Source: Gonapodya sp. JEL0774
Lineage: Eukaryota
Direction of reading: 5' to 3'
Length of the DNA stretch: 64,000 nucleotides
NCBI GenBank assembly: GCA_027604505.1
Contig: JADIIX010000009.1
Location: 124,001-188,000, forward strand
Made by a program: the position numbers and the translations under genes. The notes beneath the pieces were generated by a model. That model saw nothing but the letters and a program-made list of their open reading frames with translations, did not search any database and was not told where the DNA came from. Positions 26,312 to 38,941 of the stretch are shown here, piece after piece (the first letter of the stretch is position 1; every line of letters begins with the position of its first letter).

Positions 26312-27502
26312 TTGAAGATCCACGGTGACATCCGGCGTTCAGATGAACGTGATCCGGTTCCCCGTTGCCTGATGATTGCTCCCCCTGAGGTGGTTTCAGA
26401 AGAAACACACAATTTAGGAATTCCTGTGCTGTCTGACTCAATGAAAACTTTCCCTGTTACGAGACCGGAGCATGCCGGAGTTCGGTTTTTAGGAGCCGAA
26501 GATGCCACACCACAACATATGAGTCTCGCTAGAGAGGACAATTTCGTGCACTTCAAGTCTGGACGGATAGCTCGCGCACAGGTCGGGTCGAAGGATTTCA
26601 GAGATCGGAGAAGCTGGGCGATTGCCAAGCGGAATTTGCGAGTGCGGGAGTCCAGACGAACATTTAACAGCACGGAAACTGGTAATGCAGGTCATCTAAG
26701 CTATCATGATTGGCCTGATGATGTAGCCAACCTCATCAGAAACCGATGTATCCTTAGGGCGCGGAAGCTGCTGGGGACTGTGAGAGATGCTGGGATAGGA
26801 CGGAACGTCCGTGATCACTTGGCGGATCCAGAACTGGACCTTTCCGAGCCTAAAGTTGGGTCTTGGCCGTGGGGCGTATCACTACTCTCAGAGCTGCCTT
26901 TTCTTCCGCGTACCCACTCTCTTGTAATCAACTTTGCCGTCCTCAGAACGGCATGGACAGCACATGCTCCGACGGCCACCGCTCCTGCATCGACCCGTTT
27001 TTTCTTGTCAACCATGTGCTCGGATGGACTATTGGATTTGTGGGTTTTGCGGCGCGTGTCGGCCGAAGCTCCGGACGCAGTTGTGGCCTCGTACTCCCAC
27101 TCTCATGACATCCTCATTGGTGATCTTGGAACAGTAGAACAAGATGGTGCTCTTCGCAAAGGGAAACTCCCTTCTCGAAGGGTCAATGGAGAGGAACAAG
27201 CACTGCGCTCCACTGAGGAGCCTGAGTTTGTGTTGAACACGAATCGCGATACCCGAGAGGACACCAGCTGCGATGACTCAATTTTGACGGATGACGGGTC
27301 ATCTGCGTTTGGTGACAATGTCGCTGGGTCGCCTTCTCGGGAACGGGTGCGCCAGAACAGCCAAAGCACTCCACCCTTTGCTGGAAGCACGGCTGCGCCT
27401 ATGAGAAACGCTTTGGATGCATCTGAATTCAATGGCGATGGAAAGCGTAGGAGGATCGAAGAGCATGTCTGTGATTACCAAATCTCATTTGAAAGAATGT
27501 AG
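26312..27502 (+). CDS. Hypothetical protein, main exon; probable extra small exons upstream (~25800-26260) and downstream (~27525-27704)
   Basis: 396-codon open frame flanked by GTAAGT/GTAAGA/GTGAGT donor-like and YAG acceptor-like sites. No domain recognised. Confidence 0.5.
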   Translation: MKIHGDIRRSDERDPVPRCLMIAPPEVVSEETHNLGIPVLSDSMKTFPVTRPEHAGVRFLGAEDATPQHMSLAREDNFVHFKSGRIARAQVGSKDFRDRRSWAIAKRNLRVRESRRTFNSTETGNAGHLSYHDWPDDVANLIRNRCILRARKLLGTVRDAGIGRNVRDHLADPELDLSEPKVGSWPWGVSLLSELPFLPRTHSLVINFAVLRTAWTAHAPTATAPASTRFFLSTMCSDGLLDLWVLRRVSAEAPDAVVASYSHSHDILIGDLGTVEQDGALRKGKLPSRRVNGEEQALRSTEEPEFVLNTNRDTREDTSCDDSILTDDGSSAFGDNVAGSPSRERVRQNSQSTPPFAGSTAAPMRNALDASEFNGDGKRRRIEEHVCDYQISFERM

Positions 27503-28012
27503 CTCATCATCTTGTTTGACTTCAGACACGCGGCAGAGAGTCTTTGTTCGCCGACTCTATCACTAAGAAGTCTCGAACAAGTGAAGCCAGGTTCCCTGGA
27601 TCCTCCAAGGCGTCCGTGAGTATCTGTGTAGCAAGTCAAATTGCACGTACTCTGAGATAGAGTTGCCTCTAGCGCCGTTCATCGGTCACCGAAGACGCCG
27701 ATTGAATAATCGCCGAATCTGGTTGATCGCATTCCAGATTTTTTGGCAAAGGAAGCCTGCAGAACGAACAATTTAGTGTTTTGCAACTCATGTGAATGTG
27801 TGAAAATAGGCGAACACCAGCATGGGAACACTAGGGCGGATCTGGAGCCACTGAGTACTTGCACGCTCGATCAAGGCAAACAAATTTGTCCGTTGGTAAA
27901 TATATATAGGTTATGTAGATTGTGTGATATTCGAAAATAGGAGCTAACTTTACACGACATCCTTGACTCGTTATGTGCCTGAGTGGGACGAAAGAACCAC
28001 AACCACCACACG

Positions 28013-29748
28013 TCAGGGGAAGGTAATGACGGATCTGAACCTAACCTGGTTGGTCATCATTTTCTCGAAAGCCTTCTCGTAATCCTCTGCATTGCCGTGG
28101 GAGATAATGCGGGAGACGTCGTTATAAATATCTGTTTTGAGAACAGTGACGGAGACCCACCGAGCTTGAATGTCTCGACCATTGCCTCCACCCCGGTGAG
28201 CTGAGCAAAACCAACAGTTTCTTCCCAGTCGATAGATGTTCCCGACGACCACCCGCGAACTTGGGCATTATTAGATAGGAGATGCAAGGAGTTGACCTTC
28301 GCAGGAGCATGATGGTAGATTAGGAGAATTGTTCATCCCTTGTCTCAGTGCCTCACCAACCTGCAAGGGCTCGGTAATCGCGGCGAGAACAAGCATTGTC
28401 CCACGGAAAGCAAGGGCGTTCTGCAGGTCAAATTGTAGAGCTAGAACTAGGTATCACCCCAAGTCGCGGCACACCCCGCCACCACACGCACCACAAGTGA
28501 GGACGCCAGTTTTGCATCCGGAGCAGTTATCAAAATGGCCTTGGCACCTCCCATCTTGAGAATTTCCGCAACGGCATCTTGCTTGGAAGAATCGATGTAC
28601 ACATGACCGCCAAGCTTGGTAGCAAGTGCTCGCTTGGATTCGGAGGAGGAGATGACGACGGTCTGAAGGGGGGCTAGTTGCGTTGATTGTGATTGTGATG
28701 AAAGCCAGCAGCTCTCAATTGCACACCTTAAAGCCGGATTTGTTTGCGAACTGTATTGCCAAATGACCCAGACTAGAGAATATTCAAAAAGAGTGATTCA
28801 ACAATCAAATCTCCAAACACAGAAACGATGAGCCCTCACCCTCCAATCCCCGCGACCACGCAAACATCTCCCGGGCCTGCCTCCTTGACGTTGCGTAGTG
28901 AGTTGAACACGGTAATGCCTTCGAACGAGGAGGGAAGGGAGACGGTGTAGACATTGGAGAATGGATACACTCTCATGGTGCAGTGTAAACTGGGGGTCTC
29001 ATCAACATACCTGCACAAAGTAGAGGGGCTGCCTTTGCAGGATCGATATCTTCAGGCATAATGGCGACTCCTTCCTCGGAGATGGTGACATACTCCGCGT
29101 GGCCACCATCTAGGGGGAATAGAAAAAGATCTGTCGACTGAGGTTCCGGTAGGAAAGAGCCAGCACGAGCACACACCCAAGTGAATACCCGCAACAGACG
29201 ATTTTGCACAGTTCGCTCCGAATCCTTTACGGCAACGATCACACTGACCACAAAAGCCAGCGGTCCTGATAATGGAGAAGACGTTTTCAGAGGTTCGCCA
29301 CACTTACATCCAAAGAGGGGTAGATAGTAACCATCCAACGCCTACCAATTTCCCAACCGAGAACTTGCTATCAACGTGCGGCCCGAGGGCGACGATGTTT
29401 CCAATGATCTCATGCCCGGGAACCCGCGGCAAACCGGCGCCATAAACATCATACTTGGTAAATGAATCAGAGTGACTGACATTCACAGCGGCGAATTTCG
29501 TTGGAGACCAGACCATATGTAATGAATCACAAAGCACGCACCAAACGCCTGACGCTTTCACTTTGATAAGAATCTGCCTATCCCCTGGAGCTTTCAGCTC
29601 CAATTCGACGATCTTGGGAGGAGAGCCTAACGAAGTTCGGGATTCGTAGTTGGCATGGAGAATATTAGATCGATAGACCAGACTGCGAGTATACTTCACC
29701 TTTCGCTTGTATTTGGGCAGCTTTGTAAGTTTTCGGCAGTGAGTTCAT
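28013..29748 (-). CDS. Zinc-dependent medium-chain alcohol dehydrogenase, multi-exon
   Basis: MNSLPKTYKAAQ start, GVCHSD and VPGHE catalytic Zn ligands, CGQCDRCRKGFGANC structural Zn, AAPLLCAGITVFNSLR, GIGGLGHLAIQF and QVRFRSVI. Confidence 0.93.
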
Positions 29749-30251
29749 TTTCTTTTCAGTAGTGAGAACTGCGGGGAACCCTTCGTTGACGGACACGGAA
29801 AAGTACACTTGTTGGCTGACTTATATGTTGTTTCACAACCGGATAATTGGGTTCAAACGTTCCGGTACCTCAGCCCACAGTGTCAGTGCTCTCCTTGTTC
29901 AACTCTAAAAGTCTAACCTGATCCCTCCCACAAACAGCCATAAAGTATGTCAATGTATGCCAAGCTTTGTTGTCAAATCCCAGGCACTTGTACCAAGGTC
30001 CTTTTGTTGCTAATGAATGACGACCCCGGTTCATACTCACACTTTGAATCGATGTGCTGCAAGCTTCTCCCTACTGTAACAAAGAACCATCCGTGAGGGT
30101 TTTATTTTTTAGTGCCAGATTCAGCGCAAGGTCTGTATTTTTAGTGCCAGGTTCAGATTCAGGCAACCAACCCACTCACCGAAGTGCTGTGAAGCGCATA
30201 TGCAAACTTGTGGAAATAAATTACGTAACATCAGGCGAAGGAACAGATGAA

Positions 30252-32508
30252 ATGATCTCATCGTTGCTTGCAGCGATTCTTGGCACCATACCCATCGCAA
30301 TACTACTCTTCCGCTATGCATCACTCCGAAGTCGTGCAGCACGACCACCTCCCAATCCTTCCACTCCATCAATCGGGTCGTTTTCGCCTTCGAACGATCA
30401 GACTACCCGAAACCCAGTCCATCAATACGCGACAGTGCTCGTTCTAGGAGACATTGGACGATCGCCTCGCATCATGTATCACGCGCTTTCACTGGCGGAT
30501 GCAGGATTGATGGTCAATCTGGTTGGATATCCTGGTAGGTGTGCATATCTACCATGAAGTCTCTGCGTCATCAGACCTAGTTGGAAAGAGGAAACATCGG
30601 ACTTGCTGTTTCATCTATTTCATGCTTGCTTCTTGCCTAATCGATTTATTGTCTTTATCAGGCACCAGCCCTTTTGAGTCGATACTCGCGCACAAACAGA
30701 TCGTTGTCCACTTTATTCCCACACCTAAAAAACTCCAATTTTCTGCCTCATCACAACGTATCTCACGTCTTTTGGCACAGCTCTTTTACGTTAGCGCCGC
30801 TATTGTGCGAGTGCTCGTACAAATCTGGCAGGTCCTTAGACTCCTGCTATTATCTGTACCGTCAGCCGATTTCATTTTAATTCAAGTAGGTAATAGGCGC
30901 ACGAAATGAATTACTGGAGATTTCGCTCCCATTGATACTCTGATTGATATTGACCTCCATTTTTCCAAATCGTAAATAGAACCCACCGGCCATACCAACA
31001 TTTGCGATCGTCCACATCGTTGCCATCTTGCACGCCTCGCGCATTGTCGTCGACTGGCACAATCTCGGCTACTCGATTCTCGCCCTAACTCTCACCCCGG
31101 CCAGCTCTCAATCGCGCGAGCCCTCTGAGACTTCTCGGCCTGGCATCATTCGGAGCGCGATCGTTGAATTTGCCACCCTGTACGAAAGACTCCTGGGCAC
31201 GAACGGAGTGTATGCACATTTTACGGTGACCAGTGCGATGAAGGAGAAACTCAAGAAGGAGTGGCGTGTGAGGTCGGAGTCTGCGCAAGGGGTGGGAATT
31301 CCTTATGGGAGAAAAGGTCGAAACCTCCTTCTCTTTTAAATTTGTAGGGCTCCAATACACGTGGTATACGACAAGCCCCCTCGAGACTTCTACCGACTCA
31401 CCAAGAAAGAAGCAAGAGAGGTAGTTCAAAGCCAAAGCTGATCAATCCTCTCCGACTCACCACTCGTTCGCTCAACCTGTGTCCAGTTTCTCTCAGGCTT
31501 CAACCCCGGGGTTCCGCTCAATGAAAGCAACATCGCCCTCTCGCCACAAAATTTTGATCCAGAGTCTTCCTCTCGTCCCGCAATCCTCGTCACCTCCTCG
31601 TCGTACACCGAGGACGATGACTTTTCAACGCTGCTCCGGGCACTTGCACTCTACTCTGCCCGAGCATCCAATACCATGCCCGACCTCCTCGTCTTTGTTA
31701 CGGGGAGAGGTCCCCTCAAGGACCGTTGGGAGGCCCGTATCAGACAAGGAATTTGGGAGGACGAGCGTATGCCACTGCCCGCACTGACAGCTGGAACCTC
31801 CACCACGAACCAACGACCGTTGCCCGATACCTATCGCAAGATCCGCTTACACACCGTCTTCCTCGCTCAAAGCGACTACCCCAAGTTGCTCGGTTGTGCG
31901 GATCTGGGCGTGTGTCTGCACGCGTCGAGTTCGGGGTTGGACCTGCCCATGAAAGTCGTGGATTTGTTCGGGTGTGGGACACCGGTGGCGGCACTGGGAT
32001 ATCCGTGGTGGGTTGAGGTTGTGTTCTCGGAGTCTACGGTTGGGGTGCACGGCAGCCGCTGAATTCTGATGTCCGCATCCTATCCCCAGCCTGGACGAGC
32101 TCGTCAAAGACGGATCCAACGGCCTGGTCTTCACCAACTCAGATCAACTCGCAGAGCAACTTTTAGTGCGTTTATCGCGCGGAACGTTTGCAACCGCCGC
32201 GTCTTCTTCTCACCGTTCCTTGTATCATTTCAACTCCTGCAACCGCCGCGTCTTCTTCTCACCGTTTCTTGTATCATTTCAACTCCTGCAACTCCTCGTG
32301 CTTCTTGAACGGTCAGTCCACGTTCCGCTCCTTCCCAAAATCCACACCTGAGCTGGACTCAATGCGGAGGAATATCGCAGTGGAGTTCGCAGAGGGCAAC
32401 AGGTGGACGGAGAATTGGACACGAGTAGCTCGACCTGTGTTTGGTATTCATCAGAGGGCTACAGGGGTTGGTGCACGCAGTGGTTCTGGTGGCGATTCCA
32501 TCAAGTAG
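30252..32508 (+). CDS. ALG1: Chitobiosyldiphosphodolichol beta-1,4-mannosyltransferase
   Basis: N-terminal TM segment, VLVLGDIGRSPRIMYHALSLA, QNPPAIPT, VVDWHNLGYSILAL, LVTSSSYTEDDDF and YPKLLGCADLGVCLHASSSGLDLPMKVVDLFGCG. Confidence 0.95.
32189..32292 (+). repeat. 49-bp tandem duplication (2.1 copies) inside the last ALG1 intron
   Basis: Unit TGCAACCGCCGCGTCTTCTTCTCACCGTTYCTTGTATCATTTCAACTCC at 32189 and 32238, with one mismatch. Confidence 0.95.
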
Positions 32509-32570
32509 ACAAATGTATTCCAAGAAATGAGTAATGTGCTATATATGTGCATGTCCAAGATCGGGGATGC

Positions 32571-33917
32571 TCATGCCAGCCTCAGCTCGTCCGCCTCCTC
32601 CTTAAGATCCAAAAGCTCCACTTCCCCTTTCCCCTTTGTCTCGGCCGAGACGAGTTCACATATTGCACGGTATTGGCCGGGGTCAATGAGACCCAACTGG
32701 TGGTGGAAGACAACGTGGTGAACCGACAAGACTTCAGTTTTGCAGGTGATTTGTTCGGCACATTGCAACTCACCACCTCATAGTCTGCACCCATATCTTC
32801 TCCCTCGATCTCGCCAATCATCTGATGCAAGCGATCCTTGACCTTCTTTCCGTCTCGAGATGCCATGGTGATGCGTAATCGCATGCGGGCGCGAGCGATG
32901 GGAAGCGTCGAGGAGGATTGGAGAAGGCGGATGAGGTCGAGAGCCTTGGGACGATGGAGGGAGGCGCAGTAGAGGGGGCTGAGAGTGAAAGGGGACAGAG
33001 AGAGGGCGAGGAGTGTTGACTCACTTGTTGCTTGGCGCCTTTACCGGTATTGACCGAGAATCCGACATCCTGCATAGTTTGTTCAATCATCGTGACAGGG
33101 TAGGGCCGCTTGGATTCGGGGTTGACGCACATGTCGGCGACTTGGTTTGCGATGTCTCTGGAGAGGGATTCTTGAAGGTTGTGCCGTTCGCGGTCGCCCA
33201 CTTGGAGTTCACCTTTCCGGAGGATCTGGGGGTTAGAAGCAGGAGGGGTGAGCACGGACATGATGAGAATGCAGCTGCCAAGAGATTCGTGGCAAAAGAT
33301 GTTCAAACAATATGGACTGAGGAATGTGAAGGCATTTGTGATCTTCCTGTTCATCTAACTCTGGCAAACGCCCACTCTGGTCCAGTTCGACAAAGCCACC
33401 AAATAAATCACCACACCGCACTCACTTCGAGAAGAATTTTTGCCTCATCATCAGTGCCAAATGCTTTCTTCATGTCCTCCACATTCGCGGCCACACCTTT
33501 CGACACGTTGAGGAAAACTTTGTGGATTTGAACGACATTGTCGAGGTCCGTTTCTCTGAGCGTGAGCAAGGCCAGCACCGACGAACATAAGACATTGTAA
33601 GGGTGTAGAGTTAGTGGACAGTTCTTCCGAGGAACCGAAACAGGGGGGCGAGTGAAAAGGAAAGGAGCATCACCAACTATACTCACACTCCATTTCGCCA
33701 TTCCAACACTTTGTTTTTATAGCATGCTATTTCGAACCTTTTCCCGCCCTTTTTTAGCTTTACGACAGCTCTATTGTCGGGGTGACAAGAAGAGAATGGG
33801 GGCAAGGATGAGAAGAAGGAGAGGGGGTTCTTGGCCCCCTATAGAGGCAGGTAGAGTGGAGGATAGTTACACGTTTGTCAATCGTATTTGATTTGAAGGA
33901 GTGAATATCTTTGACAT
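32571..33917 (-). CDS. SDO1: Ribosome maturation protein SBDS/Sdo1
   Basis: Spliced [88 protein letters not shown] and LIDPGQYR. Confidence 0.95.
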
Positions 33918-34079
33918 TTCCTGGTGCTGGAACACAAGGCAGACAAGAGTTGGGTTAGAGTTCGGGAAGGGTTAGGCGAGTACTCCGTGACCGCAGCTCA
34001 CTGCCCACAGCCCGCACGGGCCACGACCGATTGGCGTTCCCGTTCTCCTTGGACAACCTGTCTCCCAGCCCACGGACTA

Positions 34080-37000
34080 ATGAGCACGGGAGCAGGACCC
34101 AGCTCTTCTGCTGCAGCTTCTACTGCTGCTCGTGTCTCAAAGACCGGCTCAAATCCCAAATTATCTCAGCCTGCGTCCTCCCCTGCAACACCAAATGCCC
34201 AGTCCTCTCCAGCACCTGGGAAGCCCCCCTCGTTCCCCCCGACTCCAGCTGCGGGCGCCGGACGTCCAAATATGCCACCTCAGGGCACTGGCAGGTTTGG
34301 GATCCCAGCTTCCTCAATCACTCCAGATGTCGTCTATAAGGTGGTGTTCATTCTGGTCTCCTCGTCCTTTGTCCAGTCACTCACTGCTGCTAAACCGATT
34401 AATACAGATGTCCAAGAAGATCGCGCAGCTCACCAAGGTCATATACTATCTCAACTCGAAGCAGGAGGACCACGCCTTTGAAGTGCAGTCCATCAACTCT
34501 GTGTACGAAGAGGAAATAGAGTCAATAATTACCGACGCGAATAAGAAGCTCGCCGACCTTCACGCAAAAGTAACCACCACGGATGCTAATATGCTAGTCT
34601 ATGAAGACACAATCAAGGTGGGCAGGTCGATCACTTCTCAAGAAGGAAGAGAGAGCACCCAAACCACCTGTGTTATCGTTTTCCCAAACAATAAAATGAA
34701 AAAATAACTGCAATATAATGAAACCTGCCCAACGTTTCCGTTGGGTTGCCTTGTCGACAAAAGTCTCAACTGGAAAGGATTTCGAGGCATGAGAGGGACC
34801 TGGAGAACGAAAGAGAGCGTTCGGAGAAGCTTGAACGACGGTACGATATGGATGTCAGGTGTGTGTCAACTGGCTTTGACGTATCGGATTGTGCACAGAA
34901 CTCTCTGGCTGCGCGCCCGCAACGAACAATCTCTGACTCTCCCTCGGCAGCCTCCTTCAATCCCAAGTCGACACCCTCTCATCCGAATCGACGCACCTCC
35001 AGTCACGTGTTGATTCCTTACTCATCACCGAGAAGAAACTCGCCGAGCTGGAAGTGTTCCACGCCAAGACCATTGTCGAGATGGAAGAAGCCAAGAAGAA
35101 GGCGCTCGAGGAACTGGCGGCGGTCAAGGACAAACACTTTGAGTTGCAGCAGGAAGTATGGGAGAAGGAAAAGGGGAAAATGGAGGATCAGTTGAGGGGA
35201 GAGATCACGGGGTTGGAAAAGAAGGTCAGTGGGCATCTCAAGTCCCACAGGTTTCGAAATGATGTCACACAATCCCTTCCTCCCCAGATTGATGAAATCC
35301 ACGAAACCCACACCGCCGAGACCAACGCTCTCAACCTCCAACACGACACCACCGTCATGACTCTCAAATCCACCCACTCGACCACTGTCTCCCGCCTCGA
35401 AAACAACCTCACCGCCGCCCACGAGCGACTCGAAATGGCGGAGCAGAACATATCAATACAATCGACCAACTTGTCCAGAATGCAACAGCAGATTGAGGAT
35501 TTGAACGAGACCGTGGGCGAGGAGAGGAACCGGTGCGCGGGGCTCGAAGGGATGGTGAAGAAGTTGGAATCGGAGGCCGAGCAGAAAGTGGAAGAGATGG
35601 ATGAGATGAGGAAAAACATGGATGATCAGAGTGAGTTCGTGTAGTTTCTGCGGAGTCGTTGTGGGACTTCAAATGAATGCACTCACATCCGACTCTCAGC
35701 CATCCTTATCCGCACCAACGAAACCACGATAACATCACTCAAAACCTCACTGGCAAACTCAACTGCCAAGCTCGACTCCCTTCTCGCCGCCTATTCTACG
35801 CTCCAACAGACACACACCGAAACCCTCGGGGACATGGACCGCCTCAAGGATGAGATCGATAAGCTGAAAGTCAAGGAAGCGGAGCTGCTCGAGGCGAGGA
35901 AATACGTGGGGAAGTTGGAGAGGGAGTTGGAGAGAGCGAGGATGCACAGTAACGAGGCTTTGAACGAGAGACAGAGCGAGATCGAGACGGTGGGTGATTT
36001 GGATTGAGCAACTCTGGTGGATCTTTTGCGGAGTTCTCAGCTCTTCGTGTCCCTCAACATTGCATCAGAGAATCAAAGAAGAAATTGACATCGCACGCGG
36101 CGAGTTCCAGATAAAACTGGACCAACAAATCGTCCTCGAAAAGGCTTTGGCAAGGAAAGAAGTCATTGCCGAGATCGAAGGGCTCAACGAGACCATCGCG
36201 AAACTCAAGACCGACGTTGCGACAGCCAACGCCCGTACCGAGGAGATCACGAAGCAACTCACACGGGACATCCAAACGGTCCAAGAGGAGCTCGAGAACA
36301 GGATTCGTCAGGGGGAGGCGGAGATCGCATCGCTGAAGCGCAAGTTGGACGAAACATTGCGGGCTTCGGAGGCGCGAGAAGCGGATTACCAAGCTACTGA
36401 TAAGATCATTCGTGATCTCAAGACGGACATTGAGTCACTCGAGATCGACAAGGCCGATATGATTCAGAAGATGATGACGTTGGATTCGATGATCAAGGAT
36501 GAGATGAGGGCGGAAGCCGCGAGGGAGAGGGAGGAGTTGGACCGGGCATGGAAGAAGAGGGTGGCAGACGAGCTGGAGAGATTGAAGAAGGAGCTTATAG
36601 AAGATCATAGGGTCGCGATGGAGGTGAGATTGATCGCAAAGTAGAAGGTCATCATCATCGACTGACATCTTGTGGTACAAACTATGTACAGAACTTGCGG
36701 CAGCAACTGGAGCAGGAGCATGAACGCGTCATCAAAAGTTTGCAGGAAGTGCAGAGTCAAGAGCGGCAGCAATGGGATGATCTGCGAGTCTCCATGGTCA
36801 CAAAATTGGCGGAGTGGGAATCCCAGCACGGAGAAACATTGGAAACGATGAACGTTCTCCGAGAGGTAAACGTGTGGTGATTACTTGAATTACATAGGCC
36901 GCTCACAATTTTCCGATGATACCTGCAGCAACATACCGTTGAAGTCGAGCAACTCACTTCGGACTTCACTACCGAATTAGCCCGAGCCTGCACCGACTGG

Positions 37001-38289
37001 TCTCTGGATTCCACAGCCCGCGAAACTCAGCTCCGTGCGGAATCTGCGCTGAACTTAGCCGCCCTTCAACAACGTCATGCGAACGACATTTTGAAACTTC
37101 GGCAGTCCCATGCCAAGCAACTTGACGAATTGCGCATGCAACATGCTGATTCTATCGATGCTGCTATAAACGAGCTCGAGGGAAAACGTTTCAAGGAGAT
37201 TGTGGCGCTCAACAAAGAGCATGAACAACAGATGGAAGCCGCCCGAGAGGCGGCCGCGAGAAAGGAAGCGGAGACGGTATTGCAGTTGAATGTTCAAAAG
37301 ATGTTGGAGGTGAAGGATGCGAGAGAGGAACTTGGGAAGCAATTGAGGGAGAGGGAGGAGGAAATTGAGAAGCTGAGGACCACCGAGTTGGATTATGTGG
37401 TATGTATACAGTTACCGCGCAAAGCGATTTGAACGATCCCACTGAAGCTATGAGGATGCTTTTACGTGACCTGTAGAGCAAAAACGCCGAACTCACTGAC
37501 GCTATTGCCGACCATGAAGCTACCATCCAAGATCTGGAAGGAGCGGTCGCGTCACATACCTCGCAAGTGGAGGCCATAAAAGCCGACCTTGAAGCCAAGA
37601 TGCACGAGACGGAGAGTGCAGTCGATAAACGGCACAAAGAAGAGTTGTCCAAGATCCACGCAGACCATTTGAAAGGAGCGCAAGCCATGCTTAAGGAATT
37701 TGAAAAGGCGCAGGCTTTCTTGAGGAAAAAGATCACGGAGCTAGAGAAGAGGTATGTAGCTCTGCGATTGTTCGACTATCCTAAATTGACGTTGTGCCAT
37801 GCAGCTTGGAGGATGCCGGGCTCAAGTACATCAACCGCGAGTCTCGAGAGGACGACGTAAAGAGGATTGCCGAGCTAGAAGAAGAACTTAAGCGAAGAAA
37901 ACGGGCAATAACAACGCTCAAGGTGAGTGTTTCAATTTCGAGTTGAAACTAAGCGACGGAATAGACCGATCTGCATACTGCGATGGGATTAACAGGAAGA
38001 AATTGAACACTACAAACTCGAATTAAATAATCGAGAGGCAAACTTTAACAGAATCTTTAACGCTCGTCCGGTGGTAGGGGTGTTTCCATCCACAGACGCT
38101 CAATTCCGAAAGGTGGATAGCTTGTTCCCATTGGCTTTGCTCTATCACCCGATTGAAAAGAGATTACTTTCGTGCATTTCTCACCAGGGTCTGCGACCAA
38201 ACAACAGCTCGCGCAGCGAGCCGTCTCTTCAAACACCCAGGTTACCTCCACTCTACGGTTCTGCGGGGGCCTCAATGGAACTGCACTGA
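34080..38289 (+). CDS. FAM184A: FAM184-like long coiled-coil protein, multi-exon
   Basis: N-terminal YKMSKKIAQLTKVIYYLN motif and C-terminal KYINRESREDD...YKLELNNREANFNRIFN motif typical of FAM184, with E/K/Q-rich heptad exons between. Confidence 0.8.
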
Positions 38290-38617
38290 ACAGCGATCGA
38301 GAGACAATTCCTCACAAATGGCAGCTGGACTGCCCACGGACTTTCTCAAATTTAAGACTGCTTACATATGTAAATATCTACTTGCATGATGAGTCGCACA
38401 AACAGCAGGTGTGACATCGGTGGCTACGCCACTTGACCAAAGGTACCGTAGAAAGAGACGCACAAGCGCAAAAAGCGCAAATGGTGGTCTGGTGACTCGA
38501 AAGCTGCGAGGCCATCATGGGGCACACCTTACAATGCCGGTGTAGCCGTCGTTTGAAGTCCCACGGTTGACCCTTCGTGGCTTAGGCACCTGACCAGAGC
38601 AGCATTTCGCAAACCGT

Positions 38618-38941
38618 GGATACAATATATCGCATCAAGCCTCCATCCTTAGAGCTACTCAATAACTGCGTTGCCGTGATAGGAGGGGCGTGGCGTTAGA
38701 AGCCTGCTCTCGCAGAATAATGGCAGCCCCAAGGATATCATCGGCACTAACTACGCTAGAAAAACTCTCCCAAATCCAGCCCAGTCTAGCTTGGCCACCT
38801 GCACGAGACACCTCTCACCCAATGTGCCTCGCCGGGGCTCTTGCACAAACCACCCCGGAAGGGCGTGTACAGTGGGTCACTTCGCGAAACACACGAGTAG
38901 AGATCGAAGACAATACCAGGTTTAGTAAAGAACAAGCAGAA
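38618..38941 (+). repeat. Dispersed repeat, copy 1 (~325 bp)
   Basis: Aligns colinearly with 52293-52637, from GGATACAATATAT..CATCAAGCCTCCATCCTTAGAGCTACTCAATAACTGCGTTGCCGTGATAGGA to GAACAAGCAGAA, with scattered substitutions and short indels. Confidence 0.95.

Noticed and set aside
32189..32292. Direct repeats as a CRISPR-like array
   Set aside because: The units are contiguous with no spacers, there are only two copies, and they lie inside a eukaryotic intron.
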